DNA of 64,000 bases, taken from assembly GCA_965648905.1 (NCBI GenBank), contig CBFGIT010000002.1, forward strand, positions 32,001-96,000, in the 5' to 3' direction. This stretch comes from a candidate division WOR-3 bacterium (lineage in GTDB: Bacteria > Hydrothermota > Tepidihabitantia > Tepidihabitantales > Tepidihabitantaceae). A program made the position numbers and the translations under genes. The notes beneath the pieces were generated by a model, which saw only the letters and a program-made list of their open reading frames with translations, ran no database searches and was not told the origin of the DNA. Of the stretch, positions 8,424-17,634 are shown piece by piece. Each line of letters begins with the position of its first letter. Position 1 is the first letter of the stretch.

Positions 8424-9686
8424 CTAGACCGCGACCCGCTCAATTCGTGCTCCGAGTGCAGCCAGCTTCTGCTCCAGTCTTTCGTAGCCCCGGTCGAGAT
8501 GGTAGATGCGCAGAATCTCAGACTGCCCCCGCGCCGCAAGCGCAGCGAGCACGAGCGCCGCCGAGGCCCGCAGGTCTGAGGCCATCACCTGGGCTGAAGA
8601 GAGACGTTCGACGCCCTGAATGACCGCCATGTTGCCGTTGATGTCGATGCGCGCTCCCATGCGGTTAAGTTCAAGGGCATGGAGGAATCTGGACTCGAAG
8701 ATGTTCTCGGTTACGACGCTCGTGCCCTGGCCAATCGAGAGCAGGGCGGTGAACTGAGCCTGCAGGTCGGTCGGGAAACCCGGGTAGGGAGTGGTGCTGA
8801 TGTTCACTGCAGCGGGCCGGTTCTCGGCCGCGACCAGCAGCTTGTTGCGGCCGGGTTCGACTCTGACCCCGGCCAGTCGCAGCTTGTCCACAACCGCTTT
8901 CATGTTCTCAGGGCGGCAGTTCACGACCTCGACCCGTCCGCGGGTGATGGCCGCGGCCACAGCCAAGGTGCCGGCCTCGACGCGGTCCGGAATCGGCCGG
9001 TATGCCACTCCCTTGAGAGACTTCACGCCCTGGACGCGCAATGTCGGCGTGCCGGCCCCATCGACCTTCGCACCCATGCAGTTCAGAAAGCGGGCCAAGT
9101 CAACGACCTCCGGTTCGCACGCGGCGCCTTCGATGACGGTCTCGCCGCGTGCCAGAGTTGCTGCCATCATCGTGTTGGCGGTCGCGCCGACGCTCGGGCC
9201 GTTCGGCCCCTCGAGCAGCACCGTGCCACCACGCAATGGCCGACCCCGGGCGTGGATATAGCCGTGCTCGATCCGGACGCGGGCACCCAGCGCCTCAATC
9301 CCCTTCAGGTGCAGGTCAACCGGACGTACGCCGATCGCGCAGCCGCCGGGCAATGATACCCTGGCCTCGCCGAATCGGGCGAGCAGCGGTCCGAGTACGT
9401 AGTAGCCCGCGCGCATCTTGCGGACGATGTCATACGGAGCTTCTATCTTCAGCGGGCCGGCAGCGGCAATAGTCACGGTTCGGCTCTGTCTGGTGACCGA
9501 GACGCCCATCGAAGTCAACAGCCGAACCATCGTGTTTACGTCTTCGAGCAAGGGGACCTGGCGAATGGTGCAGGGCTCGTCGGTCAGCAGGGCTGCGGCC
9601 ATAATCGGCAGTACCGAGTTCTTGGCGCTGGCAACGGCTACCCTGCCCTGCAGGGGCGGCCCGCCGCGTACCAGCAGTCTGTCCAT
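8424..9686 (-). CDS. murA: UDP-N-acetylglucosamine 1-carboxyvinyltransferase
   Basis: AKNSVLP, LPGGCAIG, PYPGFPTDLQAQ, DLRASAAL and HLDRGYE. Confidence 0.98.
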   Translation of the reverse strand: MDRLLVRGGPPLQGRVAVASAKNSVLPIMAAALLTDEPCTIRQVPLLEDVNTMVRLLTSMGVSVTRQSRTVTIAAAGPLKIEAPYDIVRKMRAGYYVLGPLLARFGEARVSLPGGCAIGVRPVDLHLKGIEALGARVRIEHGYIHARGRPLRGGTVLLEGPNGPSVGATANTMMAATLARGETVIEGAACEPEVVDLARFLNCMGAKVDGAGTPTLRVQGVKSLKGVAYRPIPDRVEAGTLAVAAAITRGRVEVVNCRPENMKAVVDKLRLAGVRVEPGRNKLLVAAENRPAAVNISTTPYPGFPTDLQAQFTALLSIGQGTSVVTENIFESRFLHALELNRMGARIDINGNMAVIQGVERLSSAQVMASDLRASAALVLAALAARGQSEILRIYHLDRGYERLEQKLAALGARIERVAV

Positions 9687-9767
9687 AGCAGGCTATATTC
9701 TCGGTGCCGGACGGCCAGAGTCAAGAACAGACCCCGGTCGATGGTCTGAAGCCGTCTCTCTCTCTGC

Positions 9768-9795
9768 TTGACAAGTCACTGCTTGCGTCTATATT
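9768..9795 (+). promoter_or_regulatory. Sigma70-like promoter, divergent from a murA promoter (TTGACT-16-GAGAAT, 9724-9697)
   Basis: TTGACA-16 nt-TATATT. Confidence 0.65.
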
Positions 9796-9888
9796 GAACA
9801 TGTCGACTTGGGGCTTCGGCCGACTTCAGTCGGCACCTCGGTCGACCAGGCGATTTCCTGATACTGTGAATTGTCCAAAGGAGGACTA

Positions 9889-11709
9889 ATGTTCGTAGCA
9901 GTACTGACCATCGCCCTCGTGGCCGCCGCACCGGTAAGCCCGGTTCAGCCGGGTTCGGCGCCGGTGCTGTTCGGCGGCGGCGGACCCGATGCCTACGGCT
10001 ACCGGTATCTCGATTCTGATACCGTCTGCCCGGGTGCGCCGACCTACACGTGGGTGGATATCAAAGGCACCGGTACGCGGATTACCGGACTCGGTGACGA
10101 CAATGTCGTCGGGCCGTTCGGCCTAGGCTTCGAGTTCCCGTACTACTGGTACCGCGTCAGTTCGGTATTCGTCGGTTCAAATGGCTACATGTGTTTCGGC
10201 GACCGGGGCCTGAACGCCTCGCCGTTTCCAGCGGTGCCCAGCCCGGCAGGCACGAACAACACCGTGGCCATCCTGATGAGCGACCTTGACCCGAGCTCGG
10301 GCGGCTCGCCGACCGGCTCGGTCTGGTACTGGACCAACGCTGCGGCCGATACGTTCATTCTGGAGTACGACTCGATTCGATTCTGGAGCACGGGCGGCAA
10401 CAATTCGTTCCAGATCATCCTGTCCAAGCCTGATTCCTCGATAACGTTCCAGTACAAAGAGCAGTCGGGCATGCCCTATCAAGGCTGGTCGCCGACGAAC
10501 AATCAGACCGGGATTGAGAACGTCTCCGGCGCGGTCGGGCTGAACTACCTGTCGGGCACGGTTCCACCCGGCAACATGTACCACGCCGAACTCGCGGTTC
10601 GCTTCTACCCGCCCGAATCAACCAACTACCAGGTACATGACGTCGGTGTGCGCAACGCCATGAACGACCGCTCCGGCGGGATGTTCTGCGTGAACAACCG
10701 ACCGCTCCACATGTGGGCCGTGGTCAAGAACTTCGGCAACCAGGCGGAGCCCGAGTTCAAGACCTACTTCAAGGTCAAACGTCCGACCGGCGCGGTGCTG
10801 TTCACCGATTCGGTCGCAGTGCGGGCGCTTGCGCCGGGCGAGGTCGATTCGCTGGTGCCGGCCAACACCTGGACACCAAGCAGCACCGGTCCCTTTGTCG
10901 TCGAGGTGGCAACGCTGCTTACCGGTGACATGATGCGGCGCAACGACTCGGCCCGGGTCGAATGCCGGGTCGTGACGATTCCGGCGACACTCGGCTACGA
11001 CGGCGGTACGCCCAACAGCTACATGTCCTGGAACGGGCCGGGCGGATTCGGCAACCGCTTTGAACCACCGGTCTATCCGTGCAGCGTGATGAGCTATCGG
11101 ATCTACTCGCAGGCGACTTCGTCGACCGAGGCGCTGCTCTGTCTGTTCGACGACAACGGACCGGGCGGCTCGCCGGGCGACACCCTCCACTCCGGCACAA
11201 TCACCGTGACCGCGCCCCAGTGGTATACGGTCACCCCGCCGTCACCGATTGTCATCAACGACGGGGCGTTCTTCGTCGGCGCGATGTCGGCGATCTCCAG
11301 CGCACCGTCGTTCGGCATGGACTCCATCCTGCCGCTTTCTTTCCAGGGATGGGAGTACACGGGCGTGTGGGCGCCGAGCCGCGACGCGGCGGCACGCGAT
11401 GTCGTTGCCAATGCTATCGTCCAGGGCCCGGTCGGACTGATGGAACTGGCACCAGTGCCCGCGCCGGTGCCGGTACGGATTGACGTGAGTCCGAACCCGT
11501 TCGGCACGAGTGCGCGGGTGCGGCTTCTGAATCCGCGCGGGACCGAGCAGAGCATCGAGCTGTTCGACGCTGCGGGTAATGCCCTGCATACGGTCGAGCT
11601 CGTGCGCGGCACGGCCCGGCTCGACCGTCGCGGCCTGGCCGATGGCGTCTACTTCGTCCGTGTCGCTGGAGCCGAATCTCCGGTCGCGAAGGTCGTCATC
11701 GCCCAGTAG
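9889..11709 (+). CDS. Secreted protein with CARDB-like Ig domain and T9SS-like C-terminal domain
   Basis: AAAGGAGG RBS, signal peptide, GGPDAYGY, HDVGV...ND CARDB-like region, tail PNPF...FDAAG...LADGVYF...KVVI. Confidence 0.8.
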   Translation: MFVAVLTIALVAAAPVSPVQPGSAPVLFGGGGPDAYGYRYLDSDTVCPGAPTYTWVDIKGTGTRITGLGDDNVVGPFGLGFEFPYYWYRVSSVFVGSNGYMCFGDRGLNASPFPAVPSPAGTNNTVAILMSDLDPSSGGSPTGSVWYWTNAAADTFILEYDSIRFWSTGGNNSFQIILSKPDSSITFQYKEQSGMPYQGWSPTNNQTGIENVSGAVGLNYLSGTVPPGNMYHAELAVRFYPPESTNYQVHDVGVRNAMNDRSGGMFCVNNRPLHMWAVVKNFGNQAEPEFKTYFKVKRPTGAVLFTDSVAVRALAPGEVDSLVPANTWTPSSTGPFVVEVATLLTGDMMRRNDSARVECRVVTIPATLGYDGGTPNSYMSWNGPGGFGNRFEPPVYPCSVMSYRIYSQATSSTEALLCLFDDNGPGGSPGDTLHSGTITVTAPQWYTVTPPSPIVINDGAFFVGAMSAISSAPSFGMDSILPLSFQGWEYTGVWAPSRDAAARDVVANAIVQGPVGLMELAPVPAPVPVRIDVSPNPFGTSARVRLLNPRGTEQSIELFDAAGNALHTVELVRGTARLDRRGLADGVYFVRVAGAESPVAKVVIAQ

Positions 11710-11718
11710 CATCGATTG

Positions 11719-11743
11719 CGGACACGATACCGGATCGTGTCCG
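11719..11743. repeat. Short intergenic copy of the GGACACGAT/ATCGTGTCC palindrome
   Basis: CGGACACGAT-ACCGG-ATCGTGTCCG. Confidence 0.75.
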
Positions 11744-11750
11744 ACGAGTC

Positions 11751-11778
11751 GGCGGCGGGGAGGTGACTCCCCGCCGCT
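11751..11778 (+). terminator. GC hairpin, putative terminator
   Basis: GGCGGCGGGGAG-GTGA-CTCCCCGCCGCT after the gene; no U-tract. Confidence 0.55.
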
Positions 11779-12037
11779 GGCGTTATGACCACCCAGAACT
11801 AACCGGCCTTATACCCGAACCGATCACCCTCTGTCAGGGTTCGAGAATTGTGAATGCCTTAGTCAGGCATTGTCGGCAGTCGGCACTTCGTCGTAACACG
11901 ATTCTTTGCAATACGTTATGGGGCTGGTCTGAGTCCGCGGCGAAGTCGACCAGGGATGTGACCGTCGGACTTGATTTCGCGTCTCAGTGGAGTAATTTTG
12001 AGTTCGCCTGTTTTGGTACTAACCCGGTGGAGGACCG

Positions 12038-12361
12038 TTGGAATTCCAGGTATTTGCGAAAGAAGGCTGCGAACTTTGCCGTAAGGCGCGCAGTGTCCTG
12101 GAGCACGTCGGTGTCGAACCACAGGTCCGCTACGTGGACGGACCGAACGCGACTCCGGAAGACCTGGCAGATTTTGCCTGGTATGACTGGACCGACAAGC
12201 CACCGCTCGTGGTGGCGACCGAATCTGGCCGGATGCTGGGACGATGGGACGGCCGCGACATCCAAGACGCGTGGCTGCCTCACCTGCGCCAGTGGCTGGC
12301 GGGACACGACGCATTTGGAACGCGCGGTGGAACCGGCTGCGGACAGACACCGGTTGAGTAG
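12038..12361 (+). CDS. Glutaredoxin/thioredoxin-fold protein
   Basis: GGAGG RBS, TTG start, VFAKEGCELCRKA (CxxC), cis-Pro-like PPLVV. Confidence 0.7.
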   Translation: MEFQVFAKEGCELCRKARSVLEHVGVEPQVRYVDGPNATPEDLADFAWYDWTDKPPLVVATESGRMLGRWDGRDIQDAWLPHLRQWLAGHDAFGTRGGTGCGQTPVE

Positions 12362-12376
12362 GCCAGGAGGAACTCA

Positions 12377-12544
12377 ATGGGAGACAAGCAGGAACAAGGC
12401 AATCTGGATCCGGTGTGCGGCATGACCGTGACCGAGGAGAACGCGGCGTGCAGCTACCAGTACCAGGGTCGGACCTTCTACTTCTGTGCCCAGAGCTGTC
12501 TTGATGAGTTCGTTGCCAACCCGGACCGGTATCTCGGGAAGTAG
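12377..12544 (+). CDS. YHS/TRASH metal-binding small protein (55 aa, below the ORF-track cutoff)
   Basis: AGGAGG RBS; MGDKQEQGNLDPVCGMTV...YQGRTFYFCAQSCLDEFVANPDRYLGK. Confidence 0.9.
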   Translation: MGDKQEQGNLDPVCGMTVTEENAACSYQYQGRTFYFCAQSCLDEFVANPDRYLGK

Positions 12545-12558
12545 CTGGCAGTAGTTCT

Positions 12559-12594
12559 GCCGGAGGCGGCCTTGGTGCCGCCTCCGGCTTCTTT
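12559..12594 (+). terminator. Rho-independent terminator
   Basis: GCCGGAGGCGGC-loop-GCCGCCTCCGGC followed by TTCTTT. Confidence 0.8.
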
Positions 12595-12829
12595 GCATCG
12601 CGACTCAAGGGGCTGACGCGTTGTTGCCGTCGCGCCTGAGCCGCGTTTTCCGTTGAGCCCGGGCAGCGACCTGCCCGGATCGGGTCGGCCAGGGGCTCAG
12701 GACCGCTCGGGCGTTTCGCTTGACAGGAGCGAACTTGTGGTCAAAATGAAGCAGCGACAGTCGTTAAGCTATCGCTAAGAGGTCGATGGTAAACCAAACG
12801 CCCTAACACAGGGCAGAAAGGACCTGCGT

Positions 12830-13111
12830 ATGCCTAGAGGTGCAGCCCTGATGAACAGGACTGTCAAGCTCACCGCGGAGATGATGCCGGTGTTCGGTCC
12901 GGGCAAGACTGTCAAGGTCAGCGACCTTAACAAGAAGCTCTGGGCCCACATCAAGAAGGCAAAGCTCATGAGCGGCGAGGGCCCGTTGATGAAGCGGACG
13001 ATTGCTGTCTCGCCCCAGCTCAAGCCGATCTTCGGTGCGAAGAAGGCCGTGAAGCCGGGTGAGATGAACAAGCTTCTCTGGGTCTACATCAAGAAGAACA
13101 ATCTCTTCTAG
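12830..13111 (+). CDS. Small basic protein with two tandem SWIB/MDM2-like repeats
   Basis: Two halves, LMNRTVKLT...VFG...KKLWAHIKK and LMKRTIAVSPQL..IFG...KLLWVYIKKNNL. Own promoter at 12720-12747 and own terminator. Confidence 0.8.
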   Translation: MPRGAALMNRTVKLTAEMMPVFGPGKTVKVSDLNKKLWAHIKKAKLMSGEGPLMKRTIAVSPQLKPIFGAKKAVKPGEMNKLLWVYIKKNNLF

Positions 13112-13161
13112 CAGTCACCTGCGTCGTGCCGGACGCACGTCGGGCATGACGGGAATCGAGC

Positions 13162-13186
13162 AGGGGGCGGCCTTCGGTCGCCCCCT
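13162..13186. terminator. Hairpin between convergent genes
   Basis: AGGGGGCGGCC-TTC-GGTCGCCCCCT. Confidence 0.65.
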
Positions 13187-13227
13187 CGCTACGCAGGGCA
13201 CAAGGGTTACGACCGCCGGGTCAAAGG

Positions 13228-14466
13228 TCAAGGACTCGCGGAGTCGGGCAGACCTTCGAGGAAATCCTGGCGACAGGCGAGCGAATACGGCAGCAGGAAC
13301 CGGAGCGTGGTGAAGAAGCCGACCCTTCGCGGCCGGCGGAGTACGCGGTCCAGAATCGCCTCAACCGCGAAGAACCTATTCTTCAGACTGCCTGGGTCGA
13401 GCTTCTGAACCATGGGACTGTAGGTCACCCGAGCCAATCGGTCGCCGTCCGGGCCGGATTCGATGAACCGGGTGGTGAGGAAGTCGAGGTCGATGCGGCA
13501 CAGGACCCGGGCGAGCGCCTCGAAGTCGGTGCCGGGCTTGAGCCAGATTGTGGCGCGCGCGCCGACCAGCATCTTGTTTGACTGAAGGAACTTCACCCGC
13601 CGGTACAGCCATCGGACAACCCGGTCGTCGTGGACGGCTCGTTCGAGGCGACCCAGCAGGAACGTGTCGTTGAGCATCACCACCCTGGTTCCGGCCTTGG
13701 CAAGCACGCGCACGAGTTCCGGGTACTCAAACAACCGCACGGATGCGTTCACCGTCCAGTAGCGGCGGTAGTTCCAGACCGCGCGGAAGACCTCACGGTA
13801 GTACTCCGGGAACCGGGCGACGTCGTCGTCGAGCAGACGGATATGTTTGCCCGGAATCGAGATGACTTCACCGACCGCTTCTTCGGGTGTGCGGATGTTG
13901 AGTTCGGGCCCGTAGTACATGAAGTCGAGACACAACGACCGGGTTGCCGGCGGGCAGCAGCAGCCCTGGATGAAGCTGATGCTGTCGGAATCGGCCGCGA
14001 GCTTCGGATTCAGTTCAGGTCCGCGCCTCGGCACCACGTAGCTCGGCCGCCGCGGGGCGACGTAGTGCCTTTGGATGACACCGGCCCGAGCATCTCGGAC
14101 GATGTCGGTCCAAACGGCCGCAGCGTTGCCGGTAACCCAGTGTCCCACCCAGTCGGGTGGTGATGACCAGCTTGTCGGTTCGGGTCCAAAGAAGACAAGC
14201 GGCAGATTGGGGTAGCGCAAGGCAACCGCACGGGCCGAGCTGACAAGCCCCATGCCGACATGACACATCACCAGGTCCTCAAACCCGTTCGCATCTAGGG
14301 TGTCGACGCGCTCGTCGAGGTAGCGGAACTCGTCTGCCTGGTCAGCCAGCGCCGCCAGCCGGCAGATCTCAAGGTTCGGCCGTAGCAGCAGGCGTGCCCC
14401 TTTGGGCGGGTAGCCCGGGACTAGTCGCCGGGCCTCGTCCGCCAGGGCCAGCGCGAGGATTCTCAC
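13228..14466 (-). CDS. Divergent B12-binding/radical-SAM-like protein with a non-canonical Cys motif
   Basis: GTG start overlaps the rseP stop. YLDERVD, IQGCCCPPATRSLC, RTPEEAVGEV, RLLDDD and LAKAGTRVV resemble class B radical SAM enzymes. Confidence 0.6.
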   Translation of the reverse strand: MRILALALADEARRLVPGYPPKGARLLLRPNLEICRLAALADQADEFRYLDERVDTLDANGFEDLVMCHVGMGLVSSARAVALRYPNLPLVFFGPEPTSWSSPPDWVGHWVTGNAAAVWTDIVRDARAGVIQRHYVAPRRPSYVVPRRGPELNPKLAADSDSISFIQGCCCPPATRSLCLDFMYYGPELNIRTPEEAVGEVISIPGKHIRLLDDDVARFPEYYREVFRAVWNYRRYWTVNASVRLFEYPELVRVLAKAGTRVVMLNDTFLLGRLERAVHDDRVVRWLYRRVKFLQSNKMLVGARATIWLKPGTDFEALARVLCRIDLDFLTTRFIESGPDGDRLARVTYSPMVQKLDPGSLKNRFFAVEAILDRVLRRPRRVGFFTTLRFLLPYSLACRQDFLEGLPDSASP

Positions 14467-15767
14467 TTGCGCACGATGCGCAACACGTCGTTGAAGACGG
14501 TGAGCAGGACTAGGGCACCAATCAGAATCCAGCCGATGTTGGCCGCCCAGGACAGCTCTCGGTCGGTGAGCCGGCGGCGACGGATGGCAGCGATGCAATC
14601 AAGCAGAATCCGGCCACCGTCGAGAACCGGAACCGGGAGCATGTTAACGACGAAGAGGTTGATCGAGAGCAGCGCCCAGAGCGCAAGGAAGTACTCGGCA
14701 CCCCAGTTGGCACCTTCGTAGGCAATCTTGGCAACCATTATCGGCCCGCCGATGGCCTTGGACGACACCTGACGCGTGACGACCTTGTAGATGATGACGA
14801 AGGTCTGGACGACGACATATCCCGAGCGTTTGGCCGCCTCCCAGAACGCGACCGGGGCCGACAGGCTCTTCTTGGGCAGTCGCACCCAGACTCCGACCTG
14901 GCCGATGCGCTGTTCCGACATCTGGTCTCGTTCTGCGGCCGGGGTGATCGAGTCGGAGAAGAGCCGGCCGTCCCGTTCCCATGTGATTGGGATCCTGACG
15001 CCGCCTTTGGTTCCGACCTCGGCAACGAAGTCCTCCCAGCGCCGAACCGGCTTGTCATTGACCGAGATGATAACGTCGCCGGGCGCAAGCCCGAGTCGGT
15101 CGGCCGGGCTCCGACGGCGGACTTTGTCAACGATCGGCAGCAGTACCGGCTTCAGGTCTGCGGATTCCTTCGGCACCGTGTACCGGACCGTGTAGCGTTC
15201 CATTCCCCGACGCAGAGCGAGTTCGATTTCCCGGCCGGTGTTGCGCTCGGCGATAAGGTCGAAGTGCTCGAAACTCGGAATCGTCTCGCCCGCGGCCGCA
15301 ACCAGCAGGTCGCCGGCCTTGACGCCGGCGAGTGCCGGGGCCGAGTTCTCAAGCGGCTCGACAACAGGAGCGACGTACTTGACGCCGAACGCAAGGTACA
15401 TCACCACGAGCATGAGAAACCCGAGCACAAGGTTGCAGACCGGGCCGGCAGCGATGACCGCGACCTTGACCCCGAGCGGTTTGTCGGCGTAACCGGACAT
15501 GCCTTCAGGCATCGGCACCGGTTGTGCGGCCTCGGGTCCAGCCCTCTCTTCCTCGCCGACCATCTTGATGAACCCTCCCAGGGGAATGGCCGAAAGCCGA
15601 TATTCGGTCTCACCCAGTTTCTTCCTGAGTAGAACCGGGCCAAACCCCACCGAGAAGACCTCGACCGGTATCCGGCCGAGCTTGGCCGCAATCAGGTGAC
15701 CGAATTCGTGGAAGGTAATCAACACACCGATGAACAGGACGACCCAGAGAATTGAAGAGAATATCAT
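14463..15767 (-). CDS. rseP: RIP metalloprotease RseP
   Basis: HEFGH, AIPLGGFIKM, AGPVCN, two PDZ-like domains and NMLPVPVLDGG. Confidence 0.96.
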   Translation of the reverse strand: MIFSSILWVVLFIGVLITFHEFGHLIAAKLGRIPVEVFSVGFGPVLLRKKLGETEYRLSAIPLGGFIKMVGEEERAGPEAAQPVPMPEGMSGYADKPLGVKVAVIAAGPVCNLVLGFLMLVVMYLAFGVKYVAPVVEPLENSAPALAGVKAGDLLVAAAGETIPSFEHFDLIAERNTGREIELALRRGMERYTVRYTVPKESADLKPVLLPIVDKVRRRSPADRLGLAPGDVIISVNDKPVRRWEDFVAEVGTKGGVRIPITWERDGRLFSDSITPAAERDQMSEQRIGQVGVWVRLPKKSLSAPVAFWEAAKRSGYVVVQTFVIIYKVVTRQVSSKAIGGPIMVAKIAYEGANWGAEYFLALWALLSINLFVVNMLPVPVLDGGRILLDCIAAIRRRRLTDRELSWAANIGWILIGALVLLTVFNDVLRIVRK

Positions 15768-16930
15768 CTGGCCAGGTTCCTTTGCTGGTTTGCCAGACTG
15801 CGCGCATGGCGGGCAGCCCAGGCTTCAACTTTGAGCAGGTGTTTGATGCCCGGCCGGAGTGGTCGGAACCGACTCGAACAGGCACTCAAAGTCTGCTCGA
15901 TGATATCGGGGATTGCACCGAAGACAATACGGCCTTCGAGAAACGCGTCGACCGCCACCTGGTTGGCCGAACTGAGACAGCAGGGAGCCACACCGCCGCT
16001 GGACAGTGCCTGGTAGGCGAGGTCGAAACACCGGAACTTCTTCCGGTCGACCGGCAGGAAGTCGAGCCGGCCGGTGCGGGTCAGGTTCAGGGGCTGCGCG
16101 AGCGAGGCAGAGCGAGATGGGTATGTGAGGCAGTACTGCAGCGGCAGTCGCATGTCCGGCTCAGAAAGCTGAGCCAAGACCGAGCCGTCATCAAACTCGA
16201 CCAGGGAGTGGACGATCGACTGGGGATGGATGACTGCTTCGACCTGGGAAGGCTCGAGCCCGAACAGGCGGACGGTCTCGATAACCTCGAGGCCTTTGTT
16301 CATCAAAGTGGCAGAGTCCACCGTTATCTTGCGACCCATCTTCCATGTCGGGTGGTTCAGGACCTGTCCAAGGCGGGCGTTGCGTGGTATCGGCCGGTTG
16401 CGGAATGGCCCGCCGGACGCCGTCAGAATGACCTTGCGTAAGGCCTTATCGTCTTGACCGACCAGGCATTGGTGCACGGCGCAGAGTTCAGAGTCAATCG
16501 GCAGAACCTCGGCGCAGTGACGGTGGGCAAGCCGCATCACCGGTTCGCCAAACGCAACCAGTATCTCTTTGGTGGCAAGGCACGTCCGCTGACCGAGTTC
16601 CAGACTGCGCAGCACCGGCAGCAGTCCCTGGGTTCCGGACATCGCCATCACAACGATGTCGGCCCGGGCTGCATCGAGCAGGGCGGCCGGTCCCCACCCG
16701 GTCTTCACTCCGGGGCCGAGTGCCTGCTTCACTTCGTGATATGCGTGCCAGTCGGTGAGTACGACGTGCTCGGGTTTGAACTCAAGGGCCTGACGTACAA
16801 TCCGGTTTGCCGATGTGGCTGCAGCCAGAGCCGAAACGCAGTAATTCGGACCGAGGTGCCGCAGAACCTCAAGGCAGGCCGTGCCAACAGAACCGGTCGA
16901 GCCGAAAACCGCGACTCTTCTCTGTCTCAC
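15764..16930 (-). CDS. dxr: 1-deoxy-D-xylulose-5-phosphate reductoisomerase
   Basis: GSTGSVG, LPIDSE, LTASGGPF, HPTWKMGRKITVDSATLMNKGLEVIE. GTGA overlap with ispD. Confidence 0.97.
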   Translation of the reverse strand: MRQRRVAVFGSTGSVGTACLEVLRHLGPNYCVSALAAATSANRIVRQALEFKPEHVVLTDWHAYHEVKQALGPGVKTGWGPAALLDAARADIVVMAMSGTQGLLPVLRSLELGQRTCLATKEILVAFGEPVMRLAHRHCAEVLPIDSELCAVHQCLVGQDDKALRKVILTASGGPFRNRPIPRNARLGQVLNHPTWKMGRKITVDSATLMNKGLEVIETVRLFGLEPSQVEAVIHPQSIVHSLVEFDDGSVLAQLSEPDMRLPLQYCLTYPSRSASLAQPLNLTRTGRLDFLPVDRKKFRCFDLAYQALSSGGVAPCCLSSANQVAVDAFLEGRIVFGAIPDIIEQTLSACSSRFRPLRPGIKHLLKVEAWAARHARSLANQQRNLAR

Positions 16931-17595
16931 GGATTGTGAGCCTTCAGCAGCGCCGCGCACAACCAGAGGTCAGCGCGGGTGGTTATCTTCGGATTCGGGT
17001 CGGGACTCGGAATCCAATACACGGCCCGGCCCAGACGTTCGACCAGCACGCAGTCGTCGGTTGCCGAGCCGTGTGCCCGAGCATGGGCTTCGCGGAGCAG
17101 GGCAAGGTCAAAGAACTGCGGGGTCTGGGTGTGAATCACTCGGCCGCGTTCCATCGTCTGCGTGATTCGGGAACCCCGGACCAGCTTCAAGGTGTCGGTT
17201 GCCACCGACCCGAATGTGACTGCACGGTAACGCACGCAGGCAGAGAATCCGGACTCAAGCAGTGCGGGCGTGATAAGCGGGCGAGCCGCATCATGCACCG
17301 CAACCAGCCCGGATTCGGGCAGGGCCGCCAGCCCAAGCCGGACAGAGTCGGTCCGCTGGCTGCCTCCGCGAATAACGGCCGTGACCTTGTCGAACCGGTA
17401 CCTTCGGCACAGCCTACGAACCGCATCGAGCCGGTTGTGCCGTGCAACGACAACGACCCGCCCCACCCGAGCGCAATGCTCGAACGCGGCCAGGCTGTAG
17501 TACAGCACCGGCCGGTTGAGCAGAAGTGCCAATGGCTTGTAACCGCGGAACCGGCTGCCAGAGCCCGCGGCGACGACAAGTCCGTACCAGAGCAT
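16927..17595 (-). CDS. ispD: 2-C-methyl-D-erythritol 4-phosphate cytidylyltransferase
   Basis: AAGSGSRF, GGSQRTDSV, VHDAARP, QTPQFF, TDD and KITT. Confidence 0.96.
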   Translation of the reverse strand: MLWYGLVVAAGSGSRFRGYKPLALLLNRPVLYYSLAAFEHCARVGRVVVVARHNRLDAVRRLCRRYRFDKVTAVIRGGSQRTDSVRLGLAALPESGLVAVHDAARPLITPALLESGFSACVRYRAVTFGSVATDTLKLVRGSRITQTMERGRVIHTQTPQFFDLALLREAHARAHGSATDDCVLVERLGRAVYWIPSPDPNPKITTRADLWLCAALLKAHNP

Positions 17596-17634
17596 GTTGT
17601 TGCGGGCGGTTCGGTCTTTGATGATTGCTGTCAG

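Noticed and set aside
11763..12425. 220-aa ORF
   Set aside because: Overlaps a terminator, a promoter and the better-supported CxxC gene; composition is not protein-like.
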